Assembly: GCA_964016885.1 (NCBI GenBank)
Contig: OZ024746.1
Coordinates: 36,146,001 to 36,210,000 of the forward strand
Reading direction: 5' to 3'
Origin: Eledone cirrhosa
Lineage: Eukaryota
Length of the DNA stretch: 64,000 nt
The notes beneath the pieces are model-generated. The model ran no database searches and had not been told where the DNA came from. It was given only the letters and a program-made list of their open reading frames with translations. Positions 12,979-25,241 of this stretch are shown here, in pieces. A program made the translations under genes and the position numbers. The stretch's first letter is position 1. The number at the start of each line of letters is the position of its first letter.

Positions 12979-15900
12979 CTACAGGATGGTATACAGAGAA
13001 GGCCCATTTACACGAGCCATTCTCGCCACTATCACCCACCTTTCATAAAACTGCCTGTGGCCAAGCACCTCTCTCTCCATTCTTATCCTTCTTCCGAAGT
13101 GATATCGGAAGAAGTAGACCAGACTATGGCCAGAGAGGAAGTTGCCTGACCTCAGACCTTTCAATCGTGTCCACCAAACAACCTCTTTCAACATGGCTAT
13201 TACGCACAGAAAAACCGCCTTTGCTTCCTTTGTGAAGAGGGGAGGCGGTTTGATTGTCATCACGGACTCGGCGGTCAATAGAATCGGCGCAACCCGCGAC
13301 AGCAGTCGTTTGGCGTAGCCCCACAGATCAGCCACGCCCGGACATTGCACCAATGCGTGCGCAACGGTTTCTTCGTGACGCACGCATCTAGGGCAAATCT
13401 TTTTTGAGGGATCCCTGCCCGGGCGCCCGTGTCTGTAGAGCCTCTCGCGAACGGGTAGAGCCCCCCGGTAGCACTGCCAGGCCAGTGACTTCTGGAAGTT
13501 GTCCATTGGTCCTGGGCCGAAAGTCCTACCGAACAGGCTGGCCAGTTGGTCTTCTTCCATGTCCAGCGACTCTCCAAGGGTGTCATCGCCCCTGCTAGCC
13601 ACCAGCCCTCTATAGAATGATGAGGTGGATTCTCCACCGATGGCCTGGCCCGCTTGCCAGAGAGCCCTGAGCGCCTGAGCACACTCAGTGTGCCAGTCTC
13701 CCAGTTTTCAGGATCTTTGCTTGACCCAGGACTGTAGCTCGGTGAGCGAGACGAGTCTCGGAAAGGCTCGTTTCACGAACGGAGCCCACACCGGTTGACC
13801 AGTGAGGAATAACTGTAGGTGCCGTAGCCTTAAGGCGTGCCTACGCATCATCAACCACGGCATCCCCAGCCCTCCTTTCGAAGGTTGTTGGCAGCAGATG
13901 GATCTTCTCACCATAGGAGGACGCTTCTTCCAAAGAAATTGGAAGAGCATGCGTTCCATGGTGGTGAATGTTTCCTTAGGGCAAGGCACGACAGTCAGGT
14001 GGTAGTAAGTGACGGACGCTATGTAAATGTTCGCCACCTCCGCCCGGCCTTTTAGGGACAGCTTACACTTGGCCCATTTCTGGGTTAGTGCAAACACCTT
14101 GTTCGTAACCTCGTTCCAATTCTTTTCCACCTGGAGGTCCGGTCCAAACCAGACCCCAAGCAACTTTACCGGGCCATCCGTCCAGTGTCCGACGACACCG
14201 TCAGGAGGCATCGGTCTGCCTCTCCACGTTCCGAGTTGCAGCCCGATGGATTTTTCCCGGTTCAGTTTCGCTCCTGACAACCTTTCGTACTCCTCCAGTA
14301 AGGTACCGATCGCCTCGATCTCCGAGTCGGTTGATACCATTACTGTTACGTCATCGGCGTAGGCCGACACCGCTTTGCTCAATCCTGGTTCCAGGGGGAT
14401 ACCCTGCAACAACTCCAACTTCCTCAGTAAAGGCTCGAGAGTCAATACGTACAGAAGGGAGGAGAGAGGGCACCCCTGTCGAATGGATCGTGTGATTTCG
14501 AACGGCTTCGAAAGGTAGCCGTTCACCTTGATCCTAGAACAGATGTGGTTGCTATGTAGGGCAGTGATCCAGCCTCTGAAAACAGGACCGAACCCAGCCG
14601 CGGCTAGCACCGCATCCAGGTAACCATGGTCGACCCTATCGAAGGCCTTAGACTGATCTAAGTTGATCAGGGCCCCACCGAAGCCGGGTTTGTTGCCAAC
14701 CCTCTCTATGATGTATCGCATGAGGTGGAGGTTATCGTGAATGGACCTGGATGGGATAGCACATGTCTGCGCATCTCCCACCAGGCCACCCACGACAAGC
14801 GCCAACCTCTTTGCTAACACCTTGGCCAAAATCTTTAACTCTGTGTTTAGCAGGGTTATGGGCCGAAAATTATTTATATTATCCCCCTTGTTCTCGTCCT
14901 TCCTCACCAGCGTGACTACGCCCTTGGCTACAGAACAACGAATTCTCCCGTTCTGCTGCCAATTGCAGTAGACCGCTTCGAGGAGTTCGGAGAAGAAAAC
15001 CGGCATTGCTAAATAAAGTTCGTAAGGTATACCATCGAGACCTGGAGATTTGCGTCTGCTGCATTGGCTCAGCGCATCTCCGATCTCATCAGCCGAGATT
15101 GGTCCCTCGCAGGACTCTGCCTCTTCGTTCGAGAGACGCGGCAGGCCGTCGAGGTATGGACCGAAATCCACGCCCCCACCCGGACCCTCGCCTCCCTCGA
15201 ACAATCGGCCAAAGTGCCTTTGAAAGGCCTCGCACATCTGCTTTGGCTCCCGGATCACCCGTCCATCTTCGTCTTGCAACGACCGGATGGTGGATCGATT
15301 TCCACTCTTAGCTTCTGTCACGCGGGCCCATCCAACGGCTTTGGCCCCCTCATTACCTAGAGCACGTATTTTACTTCGAATGACGCAGCCTTCGTGCTTT
15401 GCATCGAAGAACTGGTTCAAGGCCGTCCTCGATGCCAGCACTCTGGCCACATCTTCGCTCTTGATTGCCTCTTCTAATTTACCTGTTAATTCTTTCTCGT
15501 TTCTATTCCTATCGGCAGCTAACATCTTGCTATAACTTATTGATTCTGTTCTAATCTCTCTTTTGAGAGATGCCCACCATCGGTTGTTGACGATTGCACT
15601 CGTCAACCTCTCCTTAACTAATCTGCTAATCCGGTTTCTGTAAGTCTCTTTTGCTGGTAAAGACAAATTAAGTTTCCAGTAACAGGGACCCTGTCTATGT
15701 GTTTTCTCGAGATTGACCACGCAGGTCACTAATTTGTGATCCGTGTAGCCAACCGTGCGCATTTCTGGACAGCTTAATATGTCCCTATCCTTACTTCTAA
15801 CTAAGAATCTATCTAAGTACGATCTAGATTGACCACTGTGGTTTCTCCAAGTCCAGGTAGGCACAGTTGGAAAATCTAGTCGATATCTATCGACCAAGTT

Positions 15901-16416
15901 AAAACGGTCGAGTAACCCCTTGAGGCTGTTACACCCCCCTCTATTAGGACATGCTCCTGCATAGTCCCAACGTGCATCCAGGATGTCATTCCAATCCCCC
16001 GCTAGAAGCAGGGAACGCGACGTTCCCAGAAAAGTCACCAAACGCTGGAAGAAGTCGGGCCATTCAGCTCCGAAAGGGGAGTAGACGGCGACCAGTCTCA
16101 AGGCCGCACTTTCACTACTGCCAACGTCTAGCACCAACAAACGACCCTCCGGGTCCGAGTGCACAACCTGTACGGCAAGACCCAGGTGTTTTTGCAGCAG
16201 TACAACAACCCCACCCCCACCTCCAGGTTGACAGAGAGATGCATGCACCTCAAAGTCATCGAAGGTGGGGGCCAGCTGCCGCACGACGCTGATTCGAGTC
16301 TCACAGATAACCATTACATTTATACTACATGACCTGAGGTCATTTAGAAGCTTTGCTTGCTTGCAAGTTGAGCCCAGGCCACGTGCATTCAAACATCCTA
16401 CTCTTAACACATCCAT
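12979..16416 (-). pseudogene. LINE ORF2: APE endonuclease + reverse transcriptase + C-terminal zinc finger; one in-frame TGA at 13708-13710
   Basis: EN motifs LNARGL, AGDWN, YLDRF, TDH. RT motifs KSPGLDG, FRPITLLN, DQSKAFDRV, RQGCPLS, AYADD. C-terminal CPRC...ETVAHALVQC. ORFs 13708-16416 and 12979-13602 are in the same frame (1145 codons in total). Confidence 0.9.
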
Positions 16417-18360
16417 GTGGGCGGCAGAGCCAAAGGAGAGTGTAGAGACCTACCATTCCGCTTCCCGGGGTTCGGGTTGCACGACTTCCATGGGGTCGGG
16501 GGTGTTGGGTGGAGGGGTGTCTTGTGGTGGTGTGGGGTCGTCAGTGTGTGGTGGGGTTGGGGTGTTTGGATTGTGTTGGGGAGGGGAAGGGGAGGGGGAA
16601 AGCTTTTTAGTAGGACGCGGTTTATGGGTTTGACAGAGGGTGGTCCTACGTCCTCCTTAAAATCCTTTTTTAGTTTTTGGTAGAGGTTCATTGGGATCTT
16701 TATTAGTTTTAAATGTGGGTAGTTTTCTGACGAAACAAAGTTTACACCTTCGGTTTGTACCGAAGGATTATTGTATATGAGCTCATTTAATTTATTATTG
16801 TTTCTGTTGATGTAAGTATAGTGTAATGTCTTTTTTTCCGATGGTGTGAGTGTTTCGAAGAGGGGAGGGGCAGGTTTGGTTTTGTTTGTTGCTGGAGGGG
16901 TGTTTTCTGTTTTGTTGGATTGTGTTGAGATTTGGGTGGGGGTTGTTTGTCCTTGTGTGTTTTGCACATGTTTTCTTTTTTTCCTTTTAATCTGTCTGAA
17001 GGACTCCGTTTCTTCCTCCGAATTCGTTGGGTTATCTTCAGTGTTGGAGGGAAGAGGTATGTTTGCTGGTAATGTTTCCGTGTTGGTTTTCTTTGTGGGG
17101 GAGATGGATGTCACTATGTTAGACTGTGTTGTGTGTTGTGTCTGCGGTGGTTGTGTTGTTTTATTGAGTGAGAGGTTGGGTGGGCCTGTATTTTGTTTTG
17201 GGGTAATGTGTTGTGACTGTTTGTGTTGTGGTGGTGTTGTGGTTTTACTGAGGGACGGGTTGGGTGGGACTGAGTTTTGTTGTTTGTTTATCTGTTGTGG
17301 TGGTAGTGGTGGAGCTGGTGATGGTAGCAGGGTTTTCTTTTTGTTGAGTTGGGGACAAGCGGCCTTCAGGTGCCCTCTGCCTGCACGGATATGGCAGGAC
17401 GGCCTTCTCCCCTCCACGCTAATGTTTATATACCCGTGGTCCTCTAATAGGATTCTGTCGGGTATTTGGGCGATGCGTTCAGGCTTCATTTGTACTACCA
17501 GCTCTATACCTGTTCCACTGAACGCATTGCCTGTGGTTTTCCCAATGGAAATCACGTTGTCATTCACTGGATCGATGAAGCCAGCTATGAGCCAGCAGTA
17601 GTCCACATCTGGCATCATTGCATCCAGCCATATGCGTTGAGTTCTTTTCCCCATATAAGATGGATAAAAGGTGAAATTTTTCGAACGAATCGGTGACAAA
17701 GCACATTTTTTTGCCGCCGATTCGTTCTTCATGATAATTGCTAGGCTTCCATACAGTCTGTCTTTTCTTATGAAAGTGGTTTCATTAAGTACTTCTGTGA
17801 GTACTGTTTTGATATCTGCTTGAGAAGGCTGTTCAGGTATTTTTGTACTGTTGTTGATGGTCCGAAACTTGACCGTTCGGCTTTCAATGTCTTTCGTGAA
17901 TTCTTGAGGCATTTTTACCGATAAAATACCATTCTCTCCTTCACTTATGTATTGTTTGGCGTCCGTGATCCTTCGTATCACATCTGAAATGTTTTCCGCT
18001 ATATAAGTCAAAGATTTCTTTGTTTTCTGTGCAAATGAAATCTTGTCGTCTGCTTTGTTTTCTGATATGGTGTTATTTTCAACTGTTATTTTTGTGTTTG
18101 TTGTGTCTTTGTTTGTGTTATTAGTATTGTCATGCAATTTTTCAAATTTTTTTTTTTTCGTTGTTTTTTTTCGTTTTTTCCAAGTCCAGATTTGTGTTTT
18201 CGTCATTTAATTTTTTCTCCGCAGATTCGTCTGTTTTTATTTTAATTTTTCCTTCCTTCTCTATGACGTTAGTTGGGAAGGAAGGGAGGACTAAAGCGTG
18301 CGAGCTTACAACTCTTACCGCTGTCCCCCCACCACTATTTTCGTTCGCTGCGTTTAACAT
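16404..18360 (-). pseudogene. LINE ORF1 (gag-like, degenerate CCHC knuckle), frameshifted in an A-run near 18150
   Basis: 600-aa ORF with CHIRAGRGHLKAAC (knuckle with C to R) and a Pro/Thr-rich region. It overlaps the ORF2 start by 13 nt. The upstream ORF 18142-18360 joins through a homopolymer frameshift. Confidence 0.75.
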
Positions 18361-18611
18361 TTCGGTTAGACGATTGAACTTTTTTACACAACATTTTTTA
18401 AAACAGGTTTTTCACCTCTAGGAGGGGTAAAGATGAGCTGACCCACCGCCTGACAGTTCAGACGGAGGGTCAAGCTACACAATTGTATCAAAATTAAGTT
18501 TGAACTCACAAAATTTCCTCAATAAATTTGAACAAAACTTCTGTGCGAAGTGAATGACATCCACACTGTAGAACAGCCGACAGCTAGATCTAGAAATAGA
18601 TATATAGATAG

Positions 18612-18667
<56 letters not shown>

Positions 18668-19259
18668 AAAATATATCGTTGGAGCACATGGCAGGTATTC
18701 GAGAGTACGAATATAATTAAAACGTAGCAGCTGCTAGCCATAGAAGTAGTTCTTGCCAGGGGAGAGTCATCATTTGTAATTAGTCAAGGGGGCCATTTCA
18801 GGGCCTGGGAGTCAAAATAAGGCTGTGACAACAGAGGTGCCGAAAATGAGGGGTTAATCTTTCCCAGAATGCATGCAGGTGTAACTGAGAATGATAACAA
18901 AGTGCGTTATGCTCGAGGGGTTGTTTTTTCGAAGGGAAAAATCTTGTAGTTTTTAGCTTGGATTTGAAATCCAGAGCGCTACCCAGGTCCTGTTTCTTAT
19001 CTCACAGACATCGTATATAAATTGGCCTGAATTCCAGGAAAGAGAAGTTTGATTCTCCGCAGCAGCTGCTAGCCATATTTTTGCGGCCGTATAAGAGATT
19101 TTCCCCGTTTAATGATTATTATTCATAGAAATCTACTATTCTTGCAGGCATTCCTCGGTTGGTAGACCAGCATATTCTTAAAAATACTATTTATATACAT
19201 ATTTGATAAAGTTATACATGTTTAATTAAAGAGTGTGTAACAAAGACTGCACTAACGTA

Positions 19260-19321
<62 letters not shown>

Positions 19322-19461
19322 TTTAATTAAAATAACAGATTATATTAAAATAACAGATAAAATAACGCAAATAAATATTTGCTCTAAGGTTCTTATATAT
19401 TTGATATATATTTATCCTTATCGAGCCCTCTTTGGATGTTAGTCTTCAAATTTATTATTAT

Positions 19462-19508
<47 letters not shown>

Positions 19509-19724
19509 ACATGTAAGCTAGCCAGAAAATGCGACTTGTAAATCGAAATAAAATAATTGATGTGTGCATCATCCAGTGGGCCGCAACAAAGCATTTATTT
19601 GAGGGGTAATATCCCCAACCGCTCTTCGTATTATTCTGAAATAGACGTACCAATGTGCATACAATTACAGTTAGTATTGGTAATTAATTAGGATATATAT
19701 TGAAAATGAAAATGTTCATTTAGT

Positions 19725-19857
19725 CCAGAATTAGCCGTCGAAACGGCTTGCGCTCAGCCGTTGGGGTCCTGCTCGTTCCTATTACCCACTCTACTACCCT
19801 AAGTATGGAGAATTTGGTGCGTTATGGTCCACCTGGTTCCCTACCACATACCCTTCG

Positions 19858-19860
<3 letters not shown>
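19725..19860 (+). repeat. Short interspersed repeat (probable PLE 3' end), also present as a fold-back at 53022-53200
   Basis: CAGAATTAGCCGTCGAAACGGCTTG...CTTCGTTA matches 53146-53200 (forward) and 53022-53145 (reverse). Ends in (TA)n. Confidence 0.6.
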
Positions 19861-19919
<59 letters not shown>

Positions 19920-19923
<4 letters not shown>

Positions 19924-20195
19924 ATACTTTGGGAGGGTCATATGGCCAATAAGAAACACACGCACCAGTTGCTTTCACTTCAATTTATTATAAAATAAAT
20001 TCATAAATTTAGGAATTTATGAATTTATAAATATATAAATATATAAATTACAAAATTTATAAATGTTATTTATAATAAATTGAAGTGAAAGCAACTGGTG
20101 CGTGTGTGTCTTATTGGCAAAATGACCCTCACAAAGCATAACAATATCGGTTTCAACACACGTTTTCAGAATCTTGCTAAACAAATTCAGAAATG

Positions 20196-20198
<3 letters not shown>
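19920..20198. repeat. Fold-back of PLE pseudo-LTR 3' end (family of 23228-28165)
   Basis: 19920-19995 is the reverse complement of ~20068-20145 and matches 23290-23365 and 28085-28163. Flanked by (TA)n. Confidence 0.7.
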
Positions 20199-20292
<94 letters not shown>

Positions 20293-20495
20293 AGTCTGTA
20301 CACGTACATACATATATGTATCCAGACGTACAGTAGTATGTATATATATATACATACATGCACACATATATATATGTACGTATGGATTCACGGAACATTT
20401 ATTATAATGCTCGGTGTGTTTGTAAACAAACATCCCGTATTAAGCCGTAGAGTCCAGCAACCATCGTTGTACGTTTGTTCAACACTGACAAGGAA

Positions 20496-20536
20496 CGCTG
20501 TACTAGATTCAAGCTTATTAGCTATAGTCAGCAAGG
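20496..20536 (-). ncRNA. Degenerate hammerhead (CTGACTA / GAAT)
   Basis: Minus strand reads CCTTG-CTGACTA-TAGCTAATAAGCTT-GAAT-CTAGT-A-CAGCG. Confidence 0.55.
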
Positions 20537-20970
20537 TATACCTTCCTGCCAGATTGTTGAACGTATATACTTACCTTATGCATATTAACGGATGAGAAGC
20601 CCAATTTGCATATCGAGTGGGTTAATCGGCCGGCTGCACCGACAACGATATTGGTTACAAACACACCGAGCATTATAATAAATGTCCGGTGAATCCATGC
20701 GTACATATATATATATGTGTGCATGTATGTATATATATATATATATACATACTACTGTACGTCTGTATGCATATATGTATGTACGTGTACATACTTATAT
20801 TTAAGTAACAGCCGTACTAAGAGTGGGAAATGAAATTTCGTTTCATTTTTTTCCGTTTATAGTTTTCCGTGCAGCCGGCCGATTAACCCACTCGATATGC
20901 AAATTGGGCTTCTCATCCGTTAATATGCATAAGGTAGTATATACGTTCAACAATCTGGCAGGAAGCTATA

Positions 20971-21011
20971 CGTTGCTGACGATAGCTAATAAGCTTTAAA
21001 CTAGTACAGCG
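20971..21011 (+). ncRNA. Degenerate hammerhead (GAAA mutated to TAAA)
   Basis: CGTTG-CTGACGA-TAGCTAATAAGCTT-TAAA-CTAGT-A-CAGCG. The consensus with the inverted copy restores a complete core. Confidence 0.65.
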
Positions 21012-21268
21012 TTCCTTTGTCAGTGTTGAACAAACGAGCAACGATGGTTGCTAGACACTACAGCTTAATACGGGATGTATGTTTACAAACACACCGAGCA
21101 TTATATTAAATGTTCGGTGAATCCATACGTACATTTATATATGTGTGCATGTATGTATATATACATACAACTGTACATCTGTATACATATATGTATGTAC
21201 GTGTACATACTTATATTTAAGTAAAACCGTACTAAGTGTGGGAAATGAAATTTCGTTTCATTTTTTCC

Positions 21269-21344
<76 letters not shown>

Positions 21345-21502
21345 TATTATACATGGGGAGGCTCAAATTGTTGTAATAATATTGCCAGAAATATTTCTTG
21401 CAATAATATTACAACTATATGACCCTCACCAAGTATAACTATATCTGTTTTGACACACGATTCCATATCAAAAACCTCGCAAAACAAATATATATGTATA
21501 TA

Positions 21503-21554
<52 letters not shown>

Positions 21555-21854
21555 GAGAGAGAGAGTGAGAGAAAGAGAGGATGGAGAGAATACAAGTGAA
21601 CAAGTGAATATTTATGGAAAAACAAATGGGAAAAATGCGAAATAATAAAAAAGAATACATTAAAAAAAATATATCTGTGTATGTATCTAAGTAAGCGTAC
21701 ACATATATACATTTGTCCGATTATATAATTCCAAACACAGGAAAAGGGACTTTTTTTAATACAAGAAGCAGCATCCCTTCACTTACATTTCGATAATATC
21801 TTTGTAATTATGCATGTGTGTGTGTATGATGATGTAAGTACGTTGTATTTATCA

Positions 21855-21892
<38 letters not shown>

Positions 21893-21898
21893 TCACAC

Positions 21899-21940
<42 letters not shown>

Positions 21941-21946
<6 letters not shown>

Positions 21947-22741
21947 AAGGTTTAGTAAATAATGAAAAAGTTTCAAAATAAATTTTAAAAAATTTACTTT
22001 ACCTACTATAGTTACCTTTACCGATCGGTTTCGAATACCAAAAATAAAACGGAGACCATACGGCCTTCGTTGCAAAGAAAGATTCTCGTCAGAAGGTTCT
22101 TTTCATTCGAAGAATATAAAATTCCTGAATTTAAATCACAAACTAGCGCTATCAAAAACTGTTCCTGGGATGAGAGTGGATGATGTAGAACAGGTTTATC
22201 AAGGGCCGTAGCAAAGATAGAGGCAAAAGGAGGTAGGTCAAACTAGCCACCGCTATTGCTAGCAGCAGTCGGAATGACCCGGTTTGTTCTCAACGTTAGT
22301 GGAGGTAGTAGTAATATGAAATACGTCCCTTCACGCACAAGCCGCCAAGGTACGCATGTATTGTCCAACCAAGTGCCAGTGTGGTTCAATGGCGAGTCAA
22401 TAAATTAACGAGCCAGAACAAATATAAACAAGGTTTAGTAAATAATGAAAAAGTTTCAAAATAAATTTTAAAAAATTGACTTTACCTACTATAGTTACAT
22501 TTACCGATCAGTTTCGAATCCCAAAAGTAAAACGGAGACCATACGGCCTTCGTTGCAAAGAAAGATTCTCGCCAGAAGGTTCTTTTCATTCAAAGAATAT
22601 AAAATTCCTGAATTTAAATCACAAACTAGCGCTATCAAAAACTGTTCCTGGGATGAAACCCGCCATTGAACCACACTGGCACTTGGTTGGACAATACATG
22701 CGTACTTGGCGCCTTGTGCGTGAAGGGACGTATTTCATATA
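21941..22741. repeat. Non-coding tandem (483-bp period) plus inverted repeat, PLE pseudo-LTR-like layout
   Basis: 21941-22172 is repeated at 22424-22655, and 22314-22394 is inverted at 22659-22741. (TA)n on both sides. Confidence 0.75.
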
Positions 22742-23227
22742 TATATATATATATATGTGTATTGCTGGAATTAACACGTGACAGCTATAGATACGATACG
22801 CTGCATCTAGCAGCAACATTTATCCTATTACCCCTGTTATGGTTAAAACGAAAACCCGTTGAAAAACTGAATCCTCTGTTCGATTATTAATACCACGAGC
22901 TTGCCAGTCACCTAAATCTGATATTTGATTTTGGATTTCAAAGAAACACTTTAAACATATAATCATTTGATTTGTCCAGGTGTATTTTTCTCAACCTGTT
23001 AGTTTTATCGGTAGTTTGGTATATTATTGTGTGTTAGATTTTGCCTACCACAATGTTCGATTTGTCAAGCTATTTAAACGTATGTTTACTCTCAGGACCT
23101 ACTTATCGAGTTCTTTGCTAACTCATCATTTCATATAAGTAGCGTCGAATTTGCTTGCAAACCACCAGAGATTCGATTTTACTAAATTTTCCAATTATAT
23201 ATATATATAGATATATATATATATATA

Positions 23228-24997
23228 TTTAGTTTCTGAATTTGTTTAGCAATATACTTTATCTGAAAACGTGTGTTGAAACCGATATAGTAATACTTTG
23301 GGAAAGTCATGTTGCCAATGAGAAACACACGCACCAGATGATTTCACTTCAATTTATTATAATAAATATTTTAATTTACGAATTTATACATTTCCGGTTG
23401 ATTGGTTGGTTCCACAAACAGACGGTTGTTTATATATTGTCAAAGATCTTTCGTCACACATTATGTGACCTCTTCAGTGACTGTGGATTATTTTCTTTGT
23501 TTTGTGCCTTTCCTTTGTTCTGTCCTACGCCATCTTGTTTCTGTGTGTGTTGTGTGCTCAGTTTGCGCATGCGCCACATCCGGGTGTATGTGTTTATATT
23601 CGTTTATTTATTTGTTTATTACATATTACAGGTTGGTTGTTTGTTCTATGTGCATGTGTGTTTTCATTTTGTCCTTAATTGTAAGTTGTGATGTTGCTGT
23701 TCCACTCATGTTTTCTATTTAATTTTGGTTGTAATTCTTTTATGTTTATTGACTCTGTGATTTGTCTAATCATTGCATCTTTTGCGTGTGTAGATTCTAT
23801 TTTTATTTCTATGTTCTCTAATTTACCCTTCTGTTCTATTTTAGCATGTTGGTAGAGTACAGATGATTCTTTACTATCTTGAAGGTCTCGCCAGTGTTCA
23901 TTTATCCGTTCCCCTATACTACGAGCTGTCTCACCTATGTACACTATACTTTTGTCTCTACATTGTCCTTCAGTACATCTTATGCTATACACTACATTTC
24001 TAGTTTTACAGTTTATACGGGGACTTAATTTACAGGTTATACATGTCTTATCTATACAGGGGGGTCTTTGAACAGGGTATATCTTGCTAATAAGTGTTTT
24101 TATGGAGGTACCTATTCCAAAATTATTTCTGTTCTACTGCCATTACCTGTGTTCTGTGTCTGTGTGTTTGTTAACATTGTGGTGGTGGTGAGAGGCATTG
24201 AATGTGTGTGTGTTGTTGTTGTTGATGTGTGCTGTTGTTGATGCGTGTTGTTAGTGTTGTTTGTGTCTGCGTGTCTGTTGTTGTTGTTTCTGAGTATGTG
24301 ATTATTGTTGATGTGTGTGTTGTCGTTGTTATTGTTGTTTGTGTCTGTGTGTCTGTTGCTGTTGGGATGTGTGTTGTATATGTGTGTGCGTATGTTGTTA
24401 CTTTTGTTTTTTTTTGGTTTTTGAGGCTCCACGTAATTTTGTAAATGATTTTTCTATTTCTGACAAACTTCTAATCATATTTACCTTCTTGAATGTCACA
24501 TACTTAGGTGGTAGTTGTAATACAGATAATTCATCAAAGTCGACCGCAGTGTTGCCGTATATATTTGTGTTGTTGTTGTTGTTGAACTCATCTGTTAATG
24601 AAATGTCGGCTATATTTATACCGTCAATTTTGTCGGGATATCTATTGGTATTCTCTAAAGTATCTTGATTTAGTTTATCTGTTTAAGCCACTTTAGTTTC
24701 TTGTTAAAGTGCTTATCACATTCTTGAACAATGCATTGTTCTTCAAGAGGTATAAGGTTTATAAATATTAGTTTTTCTCTTGTGTGGTGATCTTAGTTAT
24801 TTTTTGTATTAGGTTACGCTTATGTTTTTCTTGACGACTTCATTCTCTATATATCTTCTTTTTTATGTTTAGCATTAGTGTTCGTTTTATCCTATATGCT
24901 TGCTTTTTGGTGAGATGTAATCTTCTTACATCGGTGTTGATGGTGTTGCTGTAAACTTTTATGGAGTGTAGTTGTCGAGATGTTATTGTTTTTCGTA
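23228..24997 (-). mobile_element. Internally deleted Penelope-like element (N-terminal region joined directly to GIY-YIG and pseudo-LTR)
   Basis: ~23290-24113 is the reverse complement of 27322-28165, and 24114-24260 is the reverse complement of ~25010-25146, so ~2.2 kb of RT is missing. GIY-YIG ORF 23675-23992 (VYIGETARSIGERINEH). Confidence 0.85.
23439..23481 (-). ncRNA. Minimal type I hammerhead in PLE pseudo-LTR
   Basis: GTCA-CTGAAGA-G-GTCACATAATGTGTGAC-GAAA-GATCT-T-TGAC, with palindromic stem III AGATCT. Confidence 0.8.
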
Positions 24998-25241
24998 GAC
25001 AACACAACAACAACACACATCAACAACATCACACATCAACAACAACAACAACAACAACACACACATTCAATGCCTCTCACCACCACCACAATCTTAACAA
25101 ACACACAGACAAAGAAAACAGGTAATGGCAGTAGCACAGAAATAAGGGAAGGTAATAGGATTGAAAGGGGAAGGGAGACCATGGACAAAGAAAATAACCA
25201 AGACGAACACACAGACACACAAAATAGAGTAGATAATAACA

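Larger units (their letters stand above)
12765..18591 (-). mobile_element. Full-length L1/Tx1-clade non-LTR retrotransposon (~5.8 kb)
   Basis: Carries ORF1 and ORF2 and ends in AATAAAGAAA. A 22-bp direct repeat AGAAATAGATATATAGATAGAT at 12743-12764 and 18592-18613 marks the TSD. Confidence 0.9.
20290..21270. mobile_element. Retrozyme-like non-coding element (~428-bp unit; ~1.45 tandem copies plus an inverted copy)
   Basis: 20655-20856 is repeated at 21083-21270, and 20290-20640 is the reverse complement of ~20868-21215. Contains two hammerhead copies. Flanked by (TA)n. Confidence 0.65.

Noticed and set aside
13708-13710. Programmed readthrough of the TGA in LINE ORF2
   Set aside because: A single nonsense mutation (e.g. 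CGA to TGA) is more parsimonious. Conservation across copies would be needed.
12818-18421. Antisense and alternative-frame ORFs over the LINE (and over 24112-26547, 39852-41960)
   Set aside because: They are shadow ORFs of the retroelement coding strands with no independent motifs.
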